A DNA stretch of 33,439 bases. Origin: a virus (lineage: Duplodnaviria > Caudoviricetes). Position 1 is the first letter of the stretch; each line of letters begins with the position of its first letter. Below the pieces are notes generated by a model. It was given only the letters and a program-made list of their open reading frames with translations. It had not been told where the DNA came from and made no database searches. Shown here one piece after another: positions 1-7,344 of this stretch. Position numbers and translations under genes: made by a program. The DNA lies in the IMG/VR virus record IMGVR_UViG_3300037470_000387, positions 1 through 33,439 of that record; one strand, written 5' to 3'.

Positions 1-571
1 CCCCGGCCGCGCCCCCGGCGGCGTCCCCGGCGGCGGCCCGGGCGGCGGCCCTGGCGGCGGCCCTGGCGGCGGCCCCGGCGGCGGCCCTGGCGGCGGCCCA
101 GGCGGCGTCCCCGGCGGCGGCCCCGGCGGCGGCCCAGGCGGCGTCCCCGGCGGCGGCCCTAATTGTCTCGTCGCCCGTCTCCAGGTATTGCCGGACTATC
201 TCCGGCATAACCCAGAGATGCGCGACGGATAGCGCACACCAACGGGCAAACTCATACATCAACGCGTCCGTTTCGGCGGCGGACAGCATGGCGACGACCG
301 TGCGTTCGGTGGCGCTAACTTTGTCGGCATTGGAGCCTGTGCCCTGCACGACCGTTCCCGACAGCGTGACGGCGGTCAGCGCGCAGCGTTGCGGCATATA
401 TCTCAGCGCGTCGGTGAGGCGCGGGCAGGCGTGCAGCCCGGCCTCGCAGACGACCGGCGCAACATCTACGGTGAGCGTTTCGCCTACGCGTATCTCGCGC
501 TTGTCATCGTAGCGCAGGCGTGGTATGCCGCCGTCGTCAACTTCGGCAAAGTGCCACATCAATATATCCAC
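1..571 (-). CDS. Phage protein with CxxGLHAC N-terminal domain and C-terminal (R/G/W)(A/D)AA tandem repeats; runs off window end
   Basis: Not in the ORF track because it has no stop in the window. GTG at 571 follows a GGAGG RBS. Manual translation MDILMWHFAEVDDGGIPRLRYDD...VCEAGLHACPRLTDALRY...YLETGDETIRAAAGDAAWAAAG... is open to position 1. Confidence 0.8.
   Translation of the reverse strand, partial: MDILMWHFAEVDDGGIPRLRYDDKREIRVGETLTVDVAPVVCEAGLHACPRLTDALRYMPQRCALTAVTLSGTVVQGTGSNADKVSATERTVVAMLSAAETDALMYEFARWCALSVAHLWVMPEIVRQYLETGDETIRAAAGDAAWAAAGAAAGDAAWAAARAAAGAAARAAARAAARAAAGDAAGGAAG
5..160 (-). repeat. 13 x 12-bp coding tandem repeat, NGG G(C/A/G)C GCC GCC
   Basis: Parsed directly: 13 in-phase units from 160 down to 5, continuing past the window edge. 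Confidence 0.95.
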
Positions 572-616
572 TTCATTCCTCCTCTGGGCCGCGCCCGGAG
601 ACGCGGCCTGGTTATT

Positions 617-1963
617 TTATGCCTCCACGGCCTGCCAAATCTCGACCACCACATCGGCCACGTCCTGCCGGTATTTGGGGTTCTCGACCTTGACCTTGCG
701 CCCCTCCTGCATCACGGGCGTCTCCTTGAGCAGTCGGTCCAACAGCGCCCCGACCAGCGATTCCCCCGGCGGGTTGGCGCTCGACACCGCCCGCCCGATG
801 AGGACGCCCAACAGATCATTGTGGCTGCCCTTGCTGTCCAGCAGCTTGTCGAGCGTGCCGGACAGCAGCCGATACTGCGGCAACGACGCCGGACCATCGC
901 TGTTGGCGTGCTGGTTTTTGGCCCACTCGACCAGTTTGGCCGGGTTGCCGGTGAGCGTGTCGGCAATGGCGCGGTAGTCGGGGCCGTCCTCAAACGGGTT
1001 GTCAAAATCGTCCTCTACGGCGCTGGCGGGGTCAAATTCGGGGTCAAACTCCATCTCGGTAGATTCTCCCGTGATTTCGCCTGTAGCGGCGTCTACGGCC
1101 TGTGTGGGCTGCTTGCGGACAGGCTGCGGGTCCGGTTCGGCAAAGAGAATGTCGCCGTCGTCCTCGACTACGTAATGCCGCGCCGTAGGCAGTGCCCGGT
1201 CCATCTCGGCGTCATGGATGCGACGCTCCAGGATTTGGAGCCCCTCGTGCTCTTCAGACGGATTGGCCGCCAACAGCGAATCGAGGCTGAACTCGATCTT
1301 GAGCGCCATCTTCATGGCACGCCGCCGTGCGACATCCTCCTTAGACCGCTGGGCCGGGATCGTATCCGGCTTCCGGCTATTTGTGAGCTTGTCGAGCTTC
1401 CCCTTCTTGGCCCACACGCCGTAGCCTTTGGTCATGGCCTCCTCGGCCCCAAAAATCTGGTAGACCTGCGCCTTGTCCGAGCGCCACAGATAGACAATCG
1501 CGCCGGCGTCCTCCGGGTCATAGAGGTCGCCGCGCCGCTGCCGGAGCTCGTCCTCCGGCATGGCGACCGCGTGCAGGTGGTAGCTGATGCCGTGGCGGGC
1601 GCAATAGCGGTCCGCAGCCCGCTTCCAGGACTCGATGCCCGTATCCACCGCCCAGCCGTTCTGAAATGGGATCAGGTGGACATCCTGGCCGGGCACAAGC
1701 CGGTAAAACACGCACAATTGCGCGGCCCGGTAGAGCGATTCCTCCAGATTGCGTTCGGCCGCGGCGCGATATTTCTCGGCCAACTGCCAATCCTGAAGCC
1801 GGGCCGACGGCAGCATGACGCGCATCCGGTCGGCCACCGCCGCGATCTCATCGCGGCTGCCGAAGACCGCCGGGGCGTCAAACTGCCGCTTCGTTGGCGC
1901 GAGCGCGGTGTTCTCCGCCGCGCCCTTGTCCTTGCCGTTTGTCGGAACTAAGATTGTCGTCAC
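617..1963 (-). CDS. RecT/Red-beta-like single-strand annealing protein with acidic linker and C-terminal extension
   Basis: Motifs LVPGQDVHLIPFQNGWAVDTGIESWKRAA and EDVARRRAMKMALKIEF resemble the RecT/Bet conserved blocks; early-operon position. Confidence 0.65.
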   Translation of the reverse strand: MTTILVPTNGKDKGAAENTALAPTKRQFDAPAVFGSRDEIAAVADRMRVMLPSARLQDWQLAEKYRAAAERNLEESLYRAAQLCVFYRLVPGQDVHLIPFQNGWAVDTGIESWKRAADRYCARHGISYHLHAVAMPEDELRQRRGDLYDPEDAGAIVYLWRSDKAQVYQIFGAEEAMTKGYGVWAKKGKLDKLTNSRKPDTIPAQRSKEDVARRRAMKMALKIEFSLDSLLAANPSEEHEGLQILERRIHDAEMDRALPTARHYVVEDDGDILFAEPDPQPVRKQPTQAVDAATGEITGESTEMEFDPEFDPASAVEDDFDNPFEDGPDYRAIADTLTGNPAKLVEWAKNQHANSDGPASLPQYRLLSGTLDKLLDSKGSHNDLLGVLIGRAVSSANPPGESLVGALLDRLLKETPVMQEGRKVKVENPKYRQDVADVVVEIWQAVEA

Positions 1964-2388
1964 ATTACACCTCCTGCGCCGGCGAACGCCACCTGATCAT
2001 AATAGGCGGCGAGCGCCGCGTAGTCCGCGTGGTCGGATTCTTTCCAGTCCTCAGCGGCGGCGTCGTAGCCGTTGCGCTCATCCTCGTTGCAGCAGGCGCA
2101 GCGCGGCTCCTGTTTCCAGAACTTGCGCTCGCCGTCGGCATAGTCGCGCACGGCGACCTGCGCCTCACGCCATTCCGCCATCGCGATTGTGGCCGCTACG
2201 TCCCAGCCCTGGCGCTCATAGTCGGTGTGGCAGGACTCACGGCTGTAGCCTGCGCTGTGTAGGAATTTGCCGTGCTGGTAATCCTGCTCGCGCTCGACCT
2301 GGAGGGCGTACAGTGCATCGGCGACCTGCCGGTCGAGACTGCGCTGCGTGATGTTCTTGCTGTTGCTGTACAAATCGGTGATAGCCAT
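1960..2388 (-). CDS. Hypothetical protein
   Basis: 142-aa ORF with upstream GAAAGGA/AGGA and a 4-bp overlap with the next gene. Confidence 0.8.
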   Translation of the reverse strand: MAITDLYSNSKNITQRSLDRQVADALYALQVEREQDYQHGKFLHSAGYSRESCHTDYERQGWDVAATIAMAEWREAQVAVRDYADGERKFWKQEPRCACCNEDERNGYDAAAEDWKESDHADYAALAAYYDQVAFAGAGGVM

Positions 2389-2471
2389 GATATACTTCCT
2401 GTATCCTTTCCTCTTGGTAGCGGGGGGGTCTGGCCCGGCGGCGTCTGCACGCGTCGCCGGGCCGTTTTGTG

Positions 2472-2588
2472 TTAGCGACCTGCCCAGCTAATCAGGCAGG
2501 CGATGCAGATGCCTAGCATCGGGATTCCTACGGCGGCCATTACTACTACGTTCTCGACCATCGGTGCAAACTGTATGAGTGCGTCCAT
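2472..2588 (-). CDS. Small (38 aa) membrane peptide, first gene of the leftward operon
   Basis: GAGGAG RBS, ATG at 2588, hydrophobic MDALIQFAPMVENVVVMAAVGIPMLGICIACLISWAGR. Confidence 0.6.
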   Translation of the reverse strand: MDALIQFAPMVENVVVMAAVGIPMLGICIACLISWAGR

Positions 2589-2634
2589 CTGTCTGTCTCC
2601 TCTCGTCTTCGGCGGTCCATCCGCCTCTGATACC

Positions 2635-2663
2635 ATTGTAGCACGGTTATAAACCATTGTCAA
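2635..2663 (-). promoter_or_regulatory. Leftward sigma70-type promoter
   Basis: TTGACA-17 bp-TACAAT on the minus strand. Confidence 0.85.
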
Positions 2664-2694
2664 GCGTTTTGGCGACGAATTTATAAACTCGCCC

Positions 2695-2722
2695 TTGACA
2701 ATTATCCGAAAACGTTTATAAT
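2695..2722 (+). promoter_or_regulatory. Rightward sigma70-type promoter
   Basis: TTGACA-16 bp-TATAAT, followed by AGGAGG at 2729-2734. Confidence 0.85.
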
Positions 2723-2741
2723 GTCGATAGGAGGTTCTTTT

Positions 2742-2945
2742 ATGGCGCACAAACCAGAACAAATCTGTATTTCTACATGGGTATCACCTGAGCAATTGCG
2801 GCGGCTGGACTCGCTGGTCAATCTATCGTCAACCTCCCGCGCGGAGATGTTGCGGCGGCTGATTGATCAGGCGGCCAGGCGACAGATAACGGCACTCGAA
2901 CAAATGGCAGCAGTTACCAATGAGCCGGAACGGGAAATCGCATGA
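2742..2945 (+). CDS. Ribbon-helix-helix (CopG/Arc-like) regulator
   Basis: ISTWVSPEQLRRLDSLVNLSSTSRAEMLRRLIDQ fits the beta-helix-helix RHH pattern; strong RBS; first gene after the promoter. Confidence 0.75.
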   Translation: MAHKPEQICISTWVSPEQLRRLDSLVNLSSTSRAEMLRRLIDQAARRQITALEQMAAVTNEPEREIA

Positions 2946-3019
2946 ACGCCTCGCCGTGGTTCCTGGCGGCGTTCGCGCTGGCGCTGTGGCTGGCGGCGCG
3001 GGCCGCGGGGTGGGTATGA
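2942..3019 (+). CDS. Tiny hydrophobic peptide (25 aa)
   Basis: MNASPWFLAAFALALWLAARAAGWV, coupled by ATGA overlaps on both sides. Confidence 0.5.
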   Translation: MNASPWFLAAFALALWLAARAAGWV

Positions 3020-3321
3020 GTACGTTCTACCTGACCCATCGGCCCGACCTGGGCGAACTCTCTGCGGGTATATGGCCCGACCGCAAGCGGCCCATGCTGT
3101 GCATTTCACGCGGGACGACGGCGGAGGTTATCGCCTACTTTCGGGACGATGCCGCACAGCGTGCGTTTGAGCATTGGCTGACCGCGGTGCTTTGTGACTT
3201 GCGGCCCGACCTTGTGGAGAGCCACTCCGCGGCGCGGGCCGCGGGGTGGGGGTGTGATGATGCCGCTGGAGGCGGCTGTATCAATGACAAAACTGCACCT
3301 ATGGCAATTCGGACCGGATAA
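3016..3321 (+). CDS. Hypothetical protein
   Basis: MSTFYLTHRPDLGE..., ATGA coupling; flanked by a 22-bp direct repeat. Confidence 0.6.
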   Translation: MSTFYLTHRPDLGELSAGIWPDRKRPMLCISRGTTAEVIAYFRDDAAQRAFEHWLTAVLCDLRPDLVESHSAARAAGWGCDDAAGGGCINDKTAPMAIRTG

Positions 3322-3544
3322 AGTCGTGGCCACTGATGAAGCGGATGTGCGCGCCGTGATGCGCGGAATCGTTGGCGAGGCATCGCTCAATTCGGACTAT
3401 GACGATGATGAGCCTGATCTGATTGATGACGACCGACTTATCACGATTTTCAACGCATATGATGACGGCGAGAAGGTCACCAAATCGGCGCGCGAGTGGG
3501 CAGATGAGAATGGGCGCGGCTTTTTGTGCTCGACGGAGTATTGA
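3284..3544 (+). CDS. Hypothetical acidic protein
   Basis: GGAGG RBS, MTKLHLWQFGPDKVV...GFLCSTEY. Confidence 0.75.
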   Translation: MTKLHLWQFGPDKVVATDEADVRAVMRGIVGEASLNSDYDDDEPDLIDDDRLITIFNAYDDGEKVTKSAREWADENGRGFLCSTEY

Positions 3545-3670
3545 CGTGGACCGCGCCTCGTGGTCCCTGCTATCACGCTAGTGCGTGCGCTAGCACGATG
3601 GCTCGTGGTCGGCTGCGCCGTCGCGATTGCCGCAGTGACGTGGGCGGCGCGAATGGGAGGATGAAGACTG

Positions 3671-3859
3671 ATGCAGGTAAAGGCAATTCGGCTGAATGCT
3701 GAATCTAAGCGCGGGCTGACACTAATTTTACGGCGACTCGTAGACGATTTCGACAACGCATTTGACGATCTGTTTCCGGATGCTACCGATCGGCAGATCA
3801 TGGAGATTGCCGCGGCGATAGAATGGTTGGAACAACACACCTACGACATTTATGGTTAG
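3671..3859 (+). CDS. Hypothetical protein
   Basis: GGAGG RBS, 62 aa, overlaps the next gene. Confidence 0.7.
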   Translation: MQVKAIRLNAESKRGLTLILRRLVDDFDNAFDDLFPDATDRQIMEIAAAIEWLEQHTYDIYG

Positions 3860-4121
3860 GAGGAATATCATTTACGACATCACGCCGCAGTCAGACGGCT
3901 CGTATCTGGCGCAACTCTGGGACGCAGACGGCGACTATTTTAGCGCGGTGCAGCCGAACGACGACGCGGCCCGCACCTGGGTGCGCGAGACGTATCTGGC
4001 AGCCGACGCCGACAGCACGCGCGGCGGCATGGCGGTCGCGGCATATATCGTGCTGGCCGCGCTGATGACGGTCGCGGGCGGCTTCGTCACGGGCTTCGTG
4101 TTGGCGTGGCGGTGGATGTAG
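3852..4121 (+). CDS. Hypothetical protein with C-terminal transmembrane helix
   Basis: 89 aa, hydrophobic C-terminus AVAAYIVLAALMTVAGGFVTGFVLAW. Confidence 0.7.
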   Translation: MVRRNIIYDITPQSDGSYLAQLWDADGDYFSAVQPNDDAARTWVRETYLAADADSTRGGMAVAAYIVLAALMTVAGGFVTGFVLAWRWM

Positions 4122-4156
4122 CGAGCAAAGTGACCGGGGAAGGAAGGTGATAATTG

Positions 4157-4450
4157 ATGGCATTGCCTGATGAAGTCAGACTGGACATCGCTCACCAAGC
4201 GATTGCTATGTTGACCGCCGAGAACGCCTACCTGCGCCAAGAACGAGACGACCTGCGTGGTCAGCTCGCGGCGCTGGCCGCCGAACGGGATGGCCTGGCC
4301 GAGCGGTGCACGCAATTGGAGCAGGACATCGCCAAGTTGAAGCTGCTTTATGCCGACGAACTCACTCGCCTGGCGGATGAGATGGCCGATTATGTGGACG
4401 TGACGCTATGCCGCCGCACCACGCCGGTCAGCCCGGCAGAGGAGGAGTAA
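4157..4450 (+). CDS. Coiled-coil protein
   Basis: Heptad-like LTAENAYLRQERDDLRGQLAALAAERDGLAERCTQLEQDIAKL; GGAAGG RBS. Confidence 0.75.
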   Translation: MALPDEVRLDIAHQAIAMLTAENAYLRQERDDLRGQLAALAAERDGLAERCTQLEQDIAKLKLLYADELTRLADEMADYVDVTLCRRTTPVSPAEEE

Positions 4451-4572
4451 TGTCCTGGCAGGATGACGTGCGCGCCGAACTCAAGCGCCTCGGCCTCTCG
4501 CAGCGAGCACTAGCCCGGCAGGGGCGAGTAGCTAGGCAAAAACAAAAGCCCCGACGGGTGGTCGGGGCTTGA
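4450..4572 (+). pseudogene. Truncated XRE/Cro-type HTH gene remnant
   Basis: MSWQDDVRAELKRLGLSQRALARQG aligns with the N-terminus of the intact HTH at 5866 (25/31 nt identical, 4454-4484 vs 5873-5903), then runs into the cassette terminator before the recognition helix. Confidence 0.7.
4537..4570 (-). terminator. Intrinsic terminator for the inverted cassette
   Basis: 10-bp perfect stem AAGCCCCGAC/GTCGGGGCTT, 5-nt loop, TTTTGTTTTT tract on the minus strand. Confidence 0.85.
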
Positions 4573-4597
4573 AAGGACATGCGGTTGTGGAGAGTGG

Positions 4598-4912
4598 CTA
4601 TGTGGTTGTCTTACGAGGACGTCCGCCGTGCTTGCCATTGCGGCGGGCGGCTTCAGCTTTGGCGGAGCTGGTGGACTGGCCGCCGCGCCGACCCAGTGTG
4701 GCGGCGGCAGATTTAACGGCGATGTTTTCGACGATTATCTCGATGGCTTGCTCGCGAGTAAGGCCGTTGACTTCTTCGCCGTTGTCCGTGACCCAGTATC
4801 CACTGGCATCAAGGCCGACGACGGTCGTATCGGCTACCGGCTCATGTTCGCCGCTGTTCGTCAGGGCATCGATAGACCGGATTGCGAGTGTGCGGGCGGT
4901 TTCGTCGTTCAT
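4598..4912 (-). CDS. Small protein with basic C-terminal LGRRGG...AARRNGKHGGRPRK (AT-hook-like) motif
   Basis: 104 aa; acidic N-terminal domain plus a basic tail ending in GRPRK. Confidence 0.75.
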   Translation of the reverse strand: MNDETARTLAIRSIDALTNSGEHEPVADTTVVGLDASGYWVTDNGEEVNGLTREQAIEIIVENIAVKSAAATLGRRGGQSTSSAKAEAARRNGKHGGRPRKTTT

Positions 4913-4969
4913 GGTGTGTCTTTCTGCCCGGCTTTGACCCGCCGGGCTGGGTTGGTGTGGTGTGGTGGA

Positions 4970-5323
4970 TTAGAAATCTTCAGGAGCCATTTGGCTGCGA
5001 GTGGTAGAAAATCTGTCGTCCAGGTCATTGATGTCGCGGTCGAGGTCGATATGTGCGCTGGCTTTCCATTGCTTGACGATGCGAACGGTGGCTTTTGCTT
5101 CGCCGTTGCACCAGGCGGTAAAGGCGTCGTTGACGGCGGTCATAATCTCATTGATGTCGCTCGATTGGCCTTTGGCTGCGGTCAGAAGTTCTTTGGCTTT
5201 AGCGTATGCGCCGACGTGAAAGCGGTCCTTGCTGGCGGTGTCGAGGAATTTGCTAACCTGCGGGTGGTTTTTCCCGCGTCCTTCAAATTCGATTCCGGTA
5301 TATTGGCAGGTGATGGTTTTCAT
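4970..5323 (-). CDS. Hypothetical protein, first gene of the inverted cassette
   Basis: AGGAG RBS and ATG at 5323 just downstream of the promoter; MKTITCQYTGIEFEGRGKNHP... Confidence 0.8.
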   Translation of the reverse strand: MKTITCQYTGIEFEGRGKNHPQVSKFLDTASKDRFHVGAYAKAKELLTAAKGQSSDINEIMTAVNDAFTAWCNGEAKATVRIVKQWKASAHIDLDRDINDLDDRFSTTRSQMAPEDF

Positions 5324-5365
5324 GGTGCTGGCTCCTGTGTCTGGTTGTTTGCTGTCTCTGATACC

Positions 5366-5394
5366 ATTATAACTCATGCGCTTGGGTTTGTCAA
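5366..5394 (-). promoter_or_regulatory. Consensus sigma70 promoter of the inverted cassette
   Basis: TTGACA-17 bp-TATAAT on the minus strand. Confidence 0.9.
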
Positions 5395-5457
5395 GCATTT
5401 TGCGCACGAGTTTTCGAGGAGTAACCTTAAATTTGTGAACCGTCCCGGAGGCACTCA

Positions 5458-5631
5458 ATGACCCTGGCCCAACAGCGCAACGACGAACTGGTCGCCCTGC
5501 TCGGCGCGGACTTCTTGCCGCTGACCGACCGCAATCTGGTGGTCGAGTTCTACTACAGCGGCGGCGACGTGTCGTTTGCGGGCGTGGCGAAGGCCGCAAA
5601 CGAGGTGACACATGCCGACCTGGCGGAGTAA
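5458..5631 (+). CDS. Hypothetical protein (57 aa)
   Basis: GGAGG RBS; MTLAQQRNDELVALLGADFLPLTDRNLVVEFYYSGGDVSFAGVAKAANEVTHADLAE (below the ORF-track cutoff). Confidence 0.7.
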   Translation: MTLAQQRNDELVALLGADFLPLTDRNLVVEFYYSGGDVSFAGVAKAANEVTHADLAE

Positions 5632-5642
5632 CCGAACCCCAT

Positions 5643-5885
5643 ATGAAAACAAAAAACGAGCATGAGCTATTAGCAATTGTACAGAAGTACTACGAGAACG
5701 AATCATTTAATGTCTGGATGGCGCGTCTCGAAGAAATGCGCGACGAAATGCTCATTCGTTGCGCTGTAGAGGGCCATGACATTCGTGCCATTCCGGGGGT
5801 CGAGGGCGAAATTTGCGTCAGATGTGGATGGCAACCGAGCTCGCCGGCCGCGCAGGAGGCTACACATGCCGACCTGGCGGGATGA
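5643..5885 (+). CDS. Hypothetical protein with possible Zn-binding C/H...CxxC
   Basis: 80 aa, CAVEGH...CVRCG; flanked by a 19-bp direct repeat. Confidence 0.7.
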   Translation: MKTKNEHELLAIVQKYYENESFNVWMARLEEMRDEMLIRCAVEGHDIRAIPGVEGEICVRCGWQPSSPAAQEATHADLAG

Positions 5886-6165
5886 CATCCGCTACCAACT
5901 CAAATTTCGTGGCTGGACGCAGGCCGAAGCGGCAAAACGTATCGGTGTCTCTCCATCCTACCTGAGCGACATCCTGGCCGGCAGACGTGCGCTCACGCCG
6001 CGGGTCGCCGTGCGGCTGGAGATGGTAACGAGTCTCATCGCGTGGCGGTTGCTGTTTGAGCAGATGCAAGGCGACATGGCTGCGGCGTATGCGGCGGAGT
6101 CGCAGCGCGAGCACGCGGCGGCTGTCCAAACCGACAGTTGCGCGGACGCGGAAAAGCGTGTATAA
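5866..6165 (+). CDS. XRE/Cro-family helix-turn-helix regulator
   Basis: RGWTQAEAAKRIGVSPSYLSDILAGRRALTP is a classic XRE HTH; AGGAGG RBS. Confidence 0.9.
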   Translation: MPTWRDDIRYQLKFRGWTQAEAAKRIGVSPSYLSDILAGRRALTPRVAVRLEMVTSLIAWRLLFEQMQGDMAAAYAAESQREHAAAVQTDSCADAEKRV

Positions 6166-6166
6166 T
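6138..6166 (+). promoter_or_regulatory. Rightward promoter upstream of the replication operon
   Basis: TTGCGC-17 bp-TATAAT. Confidence 0.65.
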
Positions 6167-6171
6167 GGGGA

Positions 6172-6325
6172 CACAACTAAACGACGAGTGGCGGCGTCGG
6201 GTTTGGACGGATAGCAGAGCATCTATCTTGAGATGATGCGGCGTGGTTTGGCATCCCTTTGCTATCCGGGGGGCCGCCAGCCCTAGCCGCCAGGCCGCAT
6301 CATCTCAGCATAGATGCTTTTTATT
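6172..6325 (+). ncRNA. Putative structured leader RNA / attenuator
   Basis: About 27-bp imperfect stem (6216-6242 with 6294-6320) followed by a U-rich tract; competing helices 6208-6219/6257-6268 and 6189-6195/6273-6279. Confidence 0.55.
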
Positions 6326-6341
6326 CCAGAAAGCTGCCCCC

Positions 6342-6491
6342 ATGTTTGAACGCGACCTCTCCTTTGCTATTGACGCGATTCATGCCGAACTGAATGACCT
6401 GATCGGCAAAACAGGGCTGTGGGTCAAATTGCGACGTTGGTTCCTGTATCGAGAGTTGCGCCGGTTGGAGGGGATGATTCCCAGTGACTAA
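6342..6491 (+). CDS. Small hypothetical protein (49 aa)
   Basis: MFERDLSFAIDAIHAELNDLIGK..., overlaps the primase start. Confidence 0.6.
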   Translation: MFERDLSFAIDAIHAELNDLIGKTGLWVKLRRWFLYRELRRLEGMIPSD

Positions 6492-7344
6492 CTTCAAGAT
6501 AGCCATCAACCGGCAACGCTTTGTCGAAAAGCCTGGACAGGATATGTTGTGGGAGACGTTCAACTCCAACTTTTTTAACATGGAGGTGGACGTGCTCCGA
6601 CTGTGCAATGCCATCTACCTGGGCCATGCGTACTGCCCGTGGATGGACGGCAAGCGCAAGGTGGAGAACTTCCAACTGGCGCAGCATATCGCGATTGACA
6701 TGGACTGCGGCGACGAGCGCGCTACTCTGGACTCGCTGATCCAACACCCGCTTGTGGTGGCCTATGGCGGCATTGTCCACGAGACGCCAAGCCACAAGCC
6801 AGACGCACCACGCGCACGCGTCATCTTCATTCTTGACGAACCGATCACCAATGCCGACGGTTACAAGGCGGCGATCCAAGTCGTGACCGATCTCTTTGAT
6901 GGCAGCGACCCCGCGTGTGTGGACGCGGCCCGCTTTTTCTATGGCAACGGCAGGTTGTACATGCTGACCAGGCCAGAGGCCATTTGGTTCAACCCCGACG
7001 CCTGTCTACCGCTATCGGAGTTGCGCCGCTATGCCAAGATGCGGAATGAGCAGCGACGGGCGCAAGCGGTTTCGCCTACGCCGTGGCGAGTGGCTCCCCC
7101 TAGCAACACCTTTGACCCTGACCATGTGACGGACACCATCATCGGCAAGGCGTCGGCGGGCGAACGCAACCGGCTCGGCTTCTGGCTGGCCTGTACGTTG
7201 GCGGAACACGGCCAGAACAGGATCGCAACAGAGGGGTATCTTCGCCGATACCAGCAAGCCGTAGAATGGTTGGGCAAGGACGCCTATACGCTCCACGAGG
7301 CGCTATCGAGTGTGGCAAGCGCATTTAGAACAGTGACCGCATGA
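6484..7344 (+). CDS. Archaeo-eukaryotic primase (AEP) superfamily protein with PriCT-1-like C-terminal domain
   Basis: Motif I IAIDMD, motif II ETPSH...RARVIF, motif III SDPACVDAARFFYG; C-terminal GERNRLGFWLACTL. Confidence 0.75.
   Translation: MTNFKIAINRQRFVEKPGQDMLWETFNSNFFNMEVDVLRLCNAIYLGHAYCPWMDGKRKVENFQLAQHIAIDMDCGDERATLDSLIQHPLVVAYGGIVHETPSHKPDAPRARVIFILDEPITNADGYKAAIQVVTDLFDGSDPACVDAARFFYGNGRLYMLTRPEAIWFNPDACLPLSELRRYAKMRNEQRRAQAVSPTPWRVAPPSNTFDPDHVTDTIIGKASAGERNRLGFWLACTLAEHGQNRIATEGYLRRYQQAVEWLGKDAYTLHEALSSVASAFRTVTA

Noticed and set aside
389-1951. 520-aa plus-strand ORF, and other long antisense ORFs such as 8721-9647, 29698-30636 and 32040-32951
   Set aside because: Shadow ORFs opposite well-supported genes in GC-rich DNA, with no recognisable motifs.
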